From assembly GCA_019694395.1 (NCBI GenBank), contig JAIBCC010000002.1:30330-62329 (forward strand): a DNA stretch of 32,000 bases, given 5' to 3'. The DNA comes from Pyrinomonadaceae bacterium (lineage in GTDB: Bacteria; Acidobacteriota; Blastocatellia; Pyrinomonadales; Pyrinomonadaceae). The notes beneath the pieces were generated by a model. The model had not been told where the DNA came from, made no database searches, and was given only the letters and a program-made list of their open reading frames with translations. The position numbers and the translations under genes were made by a program. Positions 7,964-15,482 of the stretch are shown here, piece after piece. How positions within the stretch are numbered: the first letter of the stretch is position 1; every line of letters begins with the position of its first letter.

Positions 7964-9124
7964 ATGAAAGAAGAAATCTCACTCAAAATTGAAAATGAAG
8001 AAATAGTTTTTGCAGATTTAACAAACCGTGTCCAATTAGAAGTTGTTATCGTCTGCAAAAGTGGAAATATATTTTTGTATGATTTGGAAAAACATCAAAA
8101 TCAATTTCTCACTAAATTACCTTTTAATTCAATTCCAAATTTATTGGAAGACTTTAACCCAATGAAAGTTTTGGAAAATCTTTCTCCAACTGAATTAGCT
8201 CAATTACTTGAAAATCAGCCTTCTGAACCTGAAACAATCGAAACCAATAAAGAGAAAAATAAAGATTTCGTTAATAGTTTGTCTTTAAATGCAAAACTTC
8301 ATAGTTTCGACAATTACGTTTGCATTGTTCAGAAAAATGGAACTTCAGGGGTTGTTTTGAATCTCGAAAATCCGAATTATCGGAAAATCTTAACTCGTGG
8401 TGATTATCAGGTCGAGCATTGTCAATTTCCAATTGCATTTTACGAAAAACGTAACCAAACATTTTTAATTCACGGAACCGATTGGAACAGGTTAGACATT
8501 ACTTGTTTGGAAACTGACGACCTTTTAACCCAAAGATTTGTCGATTACGATTCCAACTCAAATTATTTCGATTATTTTCACAGCTCATTGCTTATTTCTC
8601 CTGATTCAAAATATTTTACGAGCAATGGTTGGGTTTGGCATCCTTACGATGTAATAACCGTTTATCCAATTGAGAATTTTTTACAAAAATATGAACTTTC
8701 ACATCTACAATTTGATTTTGAGGATGTTGATGGTTACAACTGGGATAGACCTTTATGTTGGTTTGATAATAAAACTCTCGGGATTGGTTATAACAAAAAA
8801 GAAGCAAATGATGGTAAAGGCGATTTTATGTCTGAAATTATATTTGTTGATATTTTAGAAAAAAAGATTGTAAATCGAATTAACTTCGAGGGTTTCGCAT
8901 TGTCACAATATGGGGCAACCGAAGGCGATTTGTTTTTTGATACTGAAAATAAGCATTTCCTTGGGTTGAATAATAAGAGCGGTCTTCTAATTTCTGATAT
9001 TGACGGTAATGAGCTTTTTCGAGATTCAGCCCTTACCTCTCATAAATATTCGCAACAACATAAACTTTTCTACCAAATAGATACACAAAAAAAAGTTATT
9101 GAATTTGTAAAGAATTTGATATGA
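7964..9124 (+). CDS. hypothetical cytoplasmic protein (386 aa), possibly beta-propeller-like
   Basis: Long intact ORF without a signal peptide. Recurrent strand-like segments (YVCIVQKNGTSGVVLNL, FLIHGTDWNRLDITCL, LLISPDSKYFTSNGWVW, LCWFDNKTLGIGY, LLISDIDGNELF). Very AT-rich: 15 G+C in the first 60 nt. Its stop overlaps the next start (ATGA at 9121-9124). Confidence 0.55.
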   Translation: MKEEISLKIENEEIVFADLTNRVQLEVVIVCKSGNIFLYDLEKHQNQFLTKLPFNSIPNLLEDFNPMKVLENLSPTELAQLLENQPSEPETIETNKEKNKDFVNSLSLNAKLHSFDNYVCIVQKNGTSGVVLNLENPNYRKILTRGDYQVEHCQFPIAFYEKRNQTFLIHGTDWNRLDITCLETDDLLTQRFVDYDSNSNYFDYFHSSLLISPDSKYFTSNGWVWHPYDVITVYPIENFLQKYELSHLQFDFEDVDGYNWDRPLCWFDNKTLGIGYNKKEANDGKGDFMSEIIFVDILEKKIVNRINFEGFALSQYGATEGDLFFDTENKHFLGLNNKSGLLISDIDGNELFRDSALTSHKYSQQHKLFYQIDTQKKVIEFVKNLI

Positions 9125-9573
9125 ACCTATTTAACCCAGCCAAAAGAGAAGAACTTATCGCCCGTCTTAATCGTTTAACGCCCGAATCAAGGGCTTTGTG
9201 GGGCAAAATGAGTGTTGGCGAAATACTTTGTCATTGTTTGGACGGTAATAAAATGGCTCTCGGTGAAATTCCGCCGACGGATAAAAGTAATTTTTTCACC
9301 CGTAGTTTGGTTAAATATTTGGTCGTTTATATTGTGCCGATTCCGAAAGGTGCTCCCGCTCCGCCCGAAATCAATCCGCAAAAAAAAGGCACAAAACCGC
9401 AGGATTTTGAACGCGAACGTCAGCTTTTGATTGAAGACATCAATAATTTTGCCAAATTAACCTCCGATGATTTCAAGGGCAGACATCATATTTTCGGCAA
9501 GCTCACGCCGAACCAATGGGCTAGATTAGGTTATAAACATCTCGACCACCATTTGAAACAATTCGGAGTTTGA
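9121..9573 (+). CDS. DUF1569 / DinB-superfamily protein
   Basis: WGKMSVGEILCHCLD near the N-terminus and the C-terminal ...GYKHLDHHLKQFGV signature typical of DUF1569. Confidence 0.65.
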   Translation: MNLFNPAKREELIARLNRLTPESRALWGKMSVGEILCHCLDGNKMALGEIPPTDKSNFFTRSLVKYLVVYIVPIPKGAPAPPEINPQKKGTKPQDFERERQLLIEDINNFAKLTSDDFKGRHHIFGKLTPNQWARLGYKHLDHHLKQFGV

Positions 9574-9600
9574 GAAAAAAAATAAATTGCCTTGAGACAT

Positions 9601-9643
9601 TTTGCCTCGAATTTACGCGTTACAGTTCGGAGGCAAATTTTTT
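9601..9643 (+). terminator. hairpin plus T6 that contains the Shine-Dalgarno of the downstream gene (terminator / attenuator candidate)
   Basis: tttgcctcgaa (9601-9611) pairs with ttcggaggcaaa (9626-9637), giving 11 bp with one bulged G. TTTTTT follows at 9638-9643 and the ATG is at 9644. The GGAGG at 9629-9633 sits in the 3' arm. Confidence 0.4.
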
Positions 9644-10366
9644 ATGGCAATTAATTCTACTTTTTTACCAAGACCTTCTGACAGAAATCTTTATCTTTTG
9701 GCGGGAATCGCATTTCCCTTGTTGGTCTTGATCGGTTATTTCAAATCCTATTATTTCATTTCTTTTTTTTCCGACGCCCGACCAATCACGAATTCTTTAG
9801 TGCATTTGCACGGAATTGTGATGTCTGCCTGGGTTCTTTATTTTACCGCTCAAATTGCCCTGATTCGCACAAAAAATGTTAAATTACATATGACAATGGG
9901 TTTTGCCGGAATCGGGCTGGCTGCAATTGTTGTAATTGTTGGTTTACTAACTGCTTATGATTCACACGTTGTCCGTCACGTAGCTCCGCCGGGAATCAGC
10001 CCATATAGTTTTCTGGTAATTCCACTTGGTGATTTGTTTTTCTTTGTAACTTTTTTTGCCGGTGCAATTTACTACCGCAAACGTCCGGCTGAACATAAAT
10101 CTTTAATGTTAATGACGGCAATCAATTTTCTGCCGCCGGCAATTTCGAGGATTCCAATTTATCCCGAACAATTTTTTATGCTTTGGTCATTCGGAATTCC
10201 CTGTTTGGCTGCCATCGTTTGCTTAATTTGGCATTCCATCAAATACCGAAAAATCAATAAAGTTTTTGCATTGGCTGTCGTAGCTTATGTAATTTTCCAA
10301 CCTCTAAGAATTATTTTTGGAATGTCTGAAAGCTGGATCAATTTTATGAAAATGATTTTTGGATAA
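9644..10366 (+). CDS. integral membrane protein (about 6-7 TM), family not recognised
   Basis: Hydrophobic helices throughout. I prefer ATG 9644, which has GGAGG 10 nt upstream, over the track's TTG at 9602. Confidence 0.6.
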   Translation: MAINSTFLPRPSDRNLYLLAGIAFPLLVLIGYFKSYYFISFFSDARPITNSLVHLHGIVMSAWVLYFTAQIALIRTKNVKLHMTMGFAGIGLAAIVVIVGLLTAYDSHVVRHVAPPGISPYSFLVIPLGDLFFFVTFFAGAIYYRKRPAEHKSLMLMTAINFLPPAISRIPIYPEQFFMLWSFGIPCLAAIVCLIWHSIKYRKINKVFALAVVAYVIFQPLRIIFGMSESWINFMKMIFG

Positions 10367-10482
10367 TTTTCTCACGGGGATTGGACTGAAATAATTCAAA
10401 CAAAATCTGGTTTCAAATCCCTGTGAATTCCCTCTTCTCGACATTGACCAAATTCTGCAAATCCCCGAAAATCAAATTCTAT

Positions 10483-11738
10483 ATGAACAAACGATTTTCG
10501 GTTTTAATTTTCCTATTTTTATTTGCTGCATCCAATCTTTTTGCCCAAACCGCACAGGTCAAATCCTTTGACCCTAATTACAAAAGAATTTTCAATAATC
10601 CGACGCAGGATAAAAATTTTTATCTTTTAAGTATGATGCAAAATTTGTCCGACGTTCGAAAGACTTTGAACAAAAATAAAGTATTCAAACAATTGGCAAA
10701 TCAACATGCAGACCAATCAAAAATTGCGGTTAACTGCAACAATGTCAAATGTTACGATGATGCCTTTCGATTTACTGATACAGAAATAGAAACAATTGCA
10801 AAAGAACTTGAAAATTCCGCCAAAGAAAATAACTTATCCAAATTAGTTGAAAATCATTTGCGACCGTCCGGAATTTTTATTCGTTATGATTCCAGATCCA
10901 ATACTGAACTTTTAGTTTCCGCCTGGCGTGATGCGGCGAAAGGCGTAAATCATATTCTGGATGTTTTCGGTCTGGGAAGGATGCACTTTATAAGGACATT
11001 GATAATGTCAGTTTCGATGTTAACGGAGTGGAATACCAAAAGATTTTGAAAACAAAAGTAGCCGAAATTAATTTTAAAAAAAATACATTATTCTTTGAGC
11101 CGACACTTTCCTACGCGATGAAGCTTTTGGAAATAAATAAACGCGATGAAGCAGGTCGGCACGAGTTATTAGAAGCAAAGGATAATAAAAAAGCCTTTGA
11201 AAACCTTAAAAATATTAAATGGAATGATTATCCGTATTCGGTGATTTTAGTGCTTGGTTCAGGTCCCGGAAACTCCGGTTTGAGCATTAGCAAGGAAGGA
11301 ATGACACGTTCGGACGAAGCCGTAAAACTCTTTCAAGCCAAGCAAGCTCCGTTAATTATTCTTTCGGGCGGCTATGTTCATCCTGCCCACACACCGTATT
11401 GTGAAGCGGTTGAAATGAAAAAATACATAATGGAAAAATATAAGATTCCTGAGGAAAATATTTTGATCGAACCACACGCCCGACACACAACAACCAACGT
11501 CCGAAACGCCGCCCGAATTATGTTTCGTGACCAAATCCCAACCGAAAAAAAAGGATTGATTACCTCAAGTCAATCCCATATTGATTACGTTGCCGGAGAA
11601 ACTTTCAAAAAAAGATTTATGGATGAAATCGGCTTTGTTCCGATGCAGATTTTCCAAAGAATTTCACCAGTAGCTATTGAATTCATTCCACTTAAAGAAT
11701 CTCTGTTCGTAAATTCAATGGAAACGCTTGACCCATAA
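10483..11738 (+). pseudogene. secreted DUF218 (YdcF/ElyC/SanA-like) protein interrupted by a 1-nt frameshift near 10975-10980
   Basis: Track ORFs 10423-11049 and 11028-11738 overlap in different frames. The downstream frame is already open from 10932 and reads ...KDALYKDIDNVSFDVNGVEYQKIL..., continuing smoothly from ...GVNHILDVFGLG in the upstream frame. The signal peptide MNKRFSVLIFLFLFAASNLFAQ starts at ATG 10483. The DUF218 core is VILVLGSG...LIILSGGYVHP...EPHARHTTTN. Confidence 0.6.
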
Positions 11739-11806
11739 TTTCAATTTCTAATTTAAATAAATATCTTGCTTTCCGATTTGCTATTTGGGAATTTTTTTAT
11801 TATATT

Positions 11807-11824
11807 TGTTTCATTGATGAAACA
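11807..11824. promoter_or_regulatory. 18-bp perfect palindrome TGTTTCAT-TG-ATGAAACA, candidate operator or activator site
   Basis: Arms at 11807-11814 and 11817-11824 are exact reverse complements. The centre lies about 30 bp upstream of a perfect TATAAT (11843-11848) that precedes the seven-gene operon. Confidence 0.3.
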
Positions 11825-11897
11825 TTTTTGCATCTCGCAACGTATAATGTTTCAGAAGGTTTCTACAAATAATAAAAAAACAATAGGAGATAATCAA

Positions 11898-12338
11898 ATG
11901 GCAAAAATTAATCCATATTTGACCTTTAACGGCAATTCGGAAGAGGTTTTCAACTTTTATAAATCAGTTTTCGGTGGCGAATTTGCAACATTTATGCGGT
12001 TCGGAGATATGCCTGCCCAAGATGGTTGCCCCGAAATATCAGATTCCGACAAAGCAAAAATAATGCACGTTGCATTGCCTTTGAGTGATGGTCACGTATT
12101 AATGGCATCTGATGCAATTGGCGAACAGGCAGATTCAGTTGAATCGGGCAATAATATTTCCCTTTCCGTTAGCGCAGACAGCAAGGAAGAAGCAGATAAG
12201 CTTTTCAATGGACTTTCTGATAGCGGAACAGTCACTATGCCGATTTCAGATACTTTCTGGGGTGCTTATTTCGGAATGTGCAAAGACCAATTCGGCATCA
12301 ATTGGATGGTCAATTACGATTATCCGAAAAATGACTAA
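11898..12338 (+). CDS. VOC-superfamily protein (PhnB / 3-demethylubiquinone methyltransferase-like glyoxalase fold)
   Basis: MAKINPYLTFNGNSEEVFNFYKSVFGGEF...MHVALPL...TFWGAYFGMCKDQFGINWMVNY is the classic PhnB-like pattern. AGGAG at 11885-11889 supports ATG 11898. The track's upstream extension from 11766 is non-coding-like. Confidence 0.75.
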   Translation: MAKINPYLTFNGNSEEVFNFYKSVFGGEFATFMRFGDMPAQDGCPEISDSDKAKIMHVALPLSDGHVLMASDAIGEQADSVESGNNISLSVSADSKEEADKLFNGLSDSGTVTMPISDTFWGAYFGMCKDQFGINWMVNYDYPKND

Positions 12339-12359
12339 TTTTACATTCAACCAACGAAT

Positions 12360-12737
12360 ATGAGATCAAGAAAATTACCTATCATTTATTGGCTTATTAC
12401 CATTTTCTTTGCCCTGTTTATGATTTTAGACGGTTTAGCAGGTGTTTTGCGGGTTGAGGGTGGCAAAGAAGCATTAGCCGTTTTAGGCTATCCGGAATAT
12501 TGTTTAACGATTTTGGGGTTGGCTAAATTGTTTGGATCAATCGCAATTCTGCAACCGTCTTTTCGCACTATTAAAGAATGGGCTTACGCCGGTTTTACCT
12601 TCATATTCGTTGGCGGATTTGCTTCACATGCATTCACGGGAGACGGCATTGGAATGCTGTTTCCCCCTTTAATTATGCTTGGAATAATGTTTGTTTCATA
12701 CACTTTATGGAAAAAGATCGAATCTGAAAGATTCTAA
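12360..12737 (+). CDS. DoxX-like (DoxX_2) small membrane protein
   Basis: Four TM helices. GYPEY...GLAKLFGSIAILQP...IKEWAYAGFTF...SH pattern. Confidence 0.65.
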   Translation: MRSRKLPIIYWLITIFFALFMILDGLAGVLRVEGGKEALAVLGYPEYCLTILGLAKLFGSIAILQPSFRTIKEWAYAGFTFIFVGGFASHAFTGDGIGMLFPPLIMLGIMFVSYTLWKKIESERF

Positions 12738-12753
12738 ATAAGGAGAAATTTTT

Positions 12754-13131
12754 ATGAAAATCGCAGTTATAATTGTTCGAGTTTTGATGGGTTTATTATT
12801 TATTTTTGGTTCGGTTACATATTTTCTTAATCTGATCCCAACACCCGAATTATCCGGAAATCTAAAAACCTTTAACGATGGAATAAATGCCTCGGGCTAT
12901 TTAATGACCCTGATAAAATCCACTGAATTAGTTTGTGGGATTGCCTTTGTCACAGGTCGGTTTGTTCCTCTGGCGAGTGTTCTCATTGCTCCTGTAATTG
13001 TTAATATTCTTTTCGTTCACCTTTTTCTTGACAGAACAACTTTACCAATTGCGATTTTTCTGGTTCTGGCAAATATTTTTGTGGCTTTTTCTAATTGGGA
13101 AAAATACGAACCGCTTTTGGAGGCAAAATAG
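12754..13131 (+). CDS. DoxX-family small membrane protein
   Basis: Four TM helices. RVLMGLLFIFGS...ELVCGIAFVTGRFVPLASVLIAPVIVNILFVH pattern. GGAG lies upstream. Confidence 0.6.
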   Translation: MKIAVIIVRVLMGLLFIFGSVTYFLNLIPTPELSGNLKTFNDGINASGYLMTLIKSTELVCGIAFVTGRFVPLASVLIAPVIVNILFVHLFLDRTTLPIAIFLVLANIFVAFSNWEKYEPLLEAK

Positions 13132-13133
13132 TC

Positions 13134-13694
13134 ATGGGTAAATTAAAATTGCAAATGCAGGTTTCAGTTGATAATTTCATCGCCGGACCAAATGGAGAAA
13201 TGGATTGGTTGGTTTGGGATTGGGATGACAATCTGAAAAATTATGTTGCTGCACTCAATGAACCGATTGACCATATAATTTTGGGTCGAAAAATGGCTAA
13301 AGGTTTTATAGATGCCTGGGCAGAAAGGGTAAATGATCCGGAAATGGCTGAATTTGCCCATAAAATGAATGACACCCCAAAAACAGTTTTTTCTAAAACG
13401 CTCGAATCTATTAATGGCAAAAATACTTCTGTTGCAAATGGCGATTTGGTTGATGAGATCGCCAAACTAAAGAACGAAAATCAGGAAATAATTGCCTACG
13501 GCGGCGGGAATTTTGTTTCTTCCTTGATCAAAAACAATTTGATTGATGATTATCATTTATTCGTAAACCCGGTTGCTGTGGGTAAAGGAATGACTATTTT
13601 CGGCAGTTTGGATGAAAAATTAAATCTTAATTTAATTAAAGCAACTGCCTTTGAATGCGGAATTGTAGCTCTGCATTATCAGACGAAAAAATAA
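13134..13694 (+). CDS. dihydrofolate reductase-family protein (RibD C-terminal domain-like)
   Basis: MGKLKLQMQVSVDNFIAGPNGEMDW...ILGRKM...IIAYGGGNFVSSLIKNNLIDDYHLFVNPVAVGKG. GGAGG at 13119-13123 supports ATG 13134 rather than the track start at 13095. Confidence 0.75.
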   Translation: MGKLKLQMQVSVDNFIAGPNGEMDWLVWDWDDNLKNYVAALNEPIDHIILGRKMAKGFIDAWAERVNDPEMAEFAHKMNDTPKTVFSKTLESINGKNTSVANGDLVDEIAKLKNENQEIIAYGGGNFVSSLIKNNLIDDYHLFVNPVAVGKGMTIFGSLDEKLNLNLIKATAFECGIVALHYQTKK

Positions 13695-13706
13695 AGGGAG
13701 TTTTTT

Positions 13707-14063
13707 GTGAAATACAATTCAATCGAAGCATTTGTGCCTTCGGGTAAAGATTTTCAACTTTCTAAACAATTATTTTTGGAACTTGGTTTTAAGATTGTCT
13801 GGGAAGCTGAGGATTACATCGGTTTTGAAAATAACGGCTGTCGTTTTATTTTGCAAAATTATAACGTCAAAGAATTTGCAGAAAATTTTATGATGAGCGT
13901 TAAAGTTGAGAATTTGGACGAATTCTGGAAAACCCTAAATAAATTGGATTTGCCTGAGAAATTCGGTGTCAAACTTCGTGAACCAACCAGCTTTCCTTGG
14001 GGCAAGGAGGTTAATTTAATTGATATTGCGGGAGTTTGCTGGCATTTTTCCGAAAGTAAATAA
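13707..14063 (+). CDS. small glyoxalase/bleomycin-resistance-like (VOC) protein
   Basis: 118-aa ORF with a GTG start and GGGAG 6 nt upstream. Beta-alpha-beta-beta-beta-like pattern (LGFKIVWE...FILQ...MMSVKVENLDEFW). The family assignment is weak. Confidence 0.45.
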   Translation: MKYNSIEAFVPSGKDFQLSKQLFLELGFKIVWEAEDYIGFENNGCRFILQNYNVKEFAENFMMSVKVENLDEFWKTLNKLDLPEKFGVKLREPTSFPWGKEVNLIDIAGVCWHFSESK

Positions 14064-14068
14064 ATACA

Positions 14069-14419
14069 ATGAATCAAAATCAACTGGTAAAAACTGAAGA
14101 AATTGAATGGAAACCTTTAAATGAAGAAGGTGTAAGCGGGGTTTATGTCAAATCCTTGTTGTATGACAAAGAAACTCATCGCTCACCAACAATTCTTTTA
14201 AAATTCGATGCGGGAGCAACTTATCCTTTGCATAATCATCCCGGCGGCGAAGAAATATTTGTTCTGAAAGGCGACATCAAACTTGGTAAAGATGAGTTAA
14301 AAGCAGGCGATTTTCTTTATACTGCGGTCAATAATAAACACCGTGTCAGCACTAAAAATGGATGTATCGTTTTGGTCAAAGTTCCACAGGAAGTCGAAAT
14401 TATCAAATCACGTTTATAG
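14069..14419 (+). CDS. cupin-domain protein
   Basis: Cupin motif 1 (YPLHNHPGGEEIFVLKG) and motif 2-like (GDFLYTAVNNKHRV). Confidence 0.7.
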   Translation: MNQNQLVKTEEIEWKPLNEEGVSGVYVKSLLYDKETHRSPTILLKFDAGATYPLHNHPGGEEIFVLKGDIKLGKDELKAGDFLYTAVNNKHRVSTKNGCIVLVKVPQEVEIIKSRL

Positions 14420-14423
14420 TAAA

Positions 14424-14882
14424 ATGACTGAAAATGTTTGTTTTCAAATAAAAAGACTTACTTCAAATGAAGTTTTCTTAGCCAAAGAACTGGCAAAAAT
14501 GTTTGGGTTTACAGAAGGCTCAAAAAATCAGTTTTTTGCCTCTGAAAATTATGTTCGTCAGATGTTGGAAAAAGAAGATTTTCACGTTATTGTCGCTTTG
14601 GAAAATAACAAATTGATCGGTGGTTTAACTGCTTATGAAATGAAAATGTTCAAGCGGGAAACCACCGAAATGTTTTTGTATGAAATTGAAGTTGCCGAAA
14701 ATTACAGGCAAAAAGGGGTGGGCAAAGGCTTAATTGAATTTTTAAAGGAAATTTGCACTACCAAAGGAATTGTTGAAATGTTTGTCGGCACAGAAAAAGA
14801 TAATTTTCCTGCCAAAAAATTATATTCAGCAACCGGAGGAATGGCAGATGAAAATTCAGTTTGGTTTAATTACGAATTTTGA
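14424..14882 (+). CDS. GNAT N-acetyltransferase, AAC(3)-I-like
   Basis: The acetyl-CoA motif A is YRQKGVGKGLIEFL. The overall pattern (IKRLTSNEV...LTAYEMKMFKRETTEMFLYEIEVAENYRQKG...) parallels my recollection of AAC(3)-I sequences. The start is ATG 14424; the track's 14343 start overlaps the cupin gene. Confidence 0.7.
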   Translation: MTENVCFQIKRLTSNEVFLAKELAKMFGFTEGSKNQFFASENYVRQMLEKEDFHVIVALENNKLIGGLTAYEMKMFKRETTEMFLYEIEVAENYRQKGVGKGLIEFLKEICTTKGIVEMFVGTEKDNFPAKKLYSATGGMADENSVWFNYEF

Positions 14883-14969
14883 TTAGAATAAAAAAGTTAT
14901 GTTTACAAAAGAAAAAGCCCGTAGATTTGCCTGGTTTTGTTTAGGGATCGTTTTTTCGCTTAGTGTCCT

Positions 14970-15377
14970 TTATTTTTTCAAATTTTGGCTTTTTGCTGAT
15001 TGATTTTGATTTTCCTTTATCAAATCCTTACCGAATCCCCAACGAAATTTAGTATGAAATATAGGACTCCCCAAACCTCTAACCGCTGTCCACATCATTA
15101 TTGCTAAAACCGAATGTTTAAATCCGCCTTTACTTTTGACGCATTGATATAATCTTCTGTCCGAACGCCAACGCGCCATCCAACTTCCGCCGTTAAAATA
15201 ATCCAAATCGTGTTCCACACAACAATCCCCGTAAATTCCATCCGGGAAATGTGTGCAGCCGTCCGATTTAAATCCTTCGGGAAAGGGACGCTGAGTAATT
15301 GGTGTAACTTGCGTTTGAGCCTTTGTTTCTATCGAAAAAACCAGAATGATAAAAAAGGTGATAAATGCAATTTTCAT
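14970..15377 (-). CDS. secreted phospholipase A2-like protein
   Basis: Signal peptide MKIAFITFFIILVFSIETKAQ. DGCTHFPDGIYGDCCVEHDLDYFNG carries the CCxxHDxxY catalytic His-Asp signature of secreted PLA2s and a C..PD element as in prokaryotic PLA2. A later conserved Cys is present (LYQCV). Confidence 0.5.
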   Translation of the reverse strand: MKIAFITFFIILVFSIETKAQTQVTPITQRPFPEGFKSDGCTHFPDGIYGDCCVEHDLDYFNGGSWMARWRSDRRLYQCVKSKGGFKHSVLAIMMWTAVRGLGSPIFHTKFRWGFGKDLIKENQNQSAKSQNLKK

Positions 15378-15482
15378 AAATAAATACTAAAGGATATGTT
15401 ACTCTTTTTCTCAAGATAATCAATATTTTCAGTTAAAATCACCTCATTAGCCTATCAAAATTTTTCGTTGTAGAATTCCTGT

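Noticed and set aside
10373-10425. 10-bp stem (cacggggatt / aatccctgtg) with a 33-nt loop after the membrane-protein gene
   Set aside because: It could be a terminator or a REP-like element, but no U-tract follows and there is no second copy in the window. It was left uncalled.
11766-11897. Upstream extension of the PhnB-like ORF, and similar extensions at 13095, 14343, 9602, 10423 and 26090
   Set aside because: These extensions start at poorer codons without an RBS, overlap upstream genes or regulatory DNA, and add non-homologous residues. Internal ATGs with GGAG-type RBSs fit the family N-termini.
14899-15003. Small ORF MFTKEKARRFAWFCLGIVFSLSVLYFFKFWLFAD (34 aa, one TM helix) after the GNAT gene
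   Set aside because: It has no RBS, and it overlaps the 3' end of the convergent PLA2-like gene by 34 nt. A hydrophobic reading frame is easily produced by T-rich sequence. It cannot be supported without conservation data.
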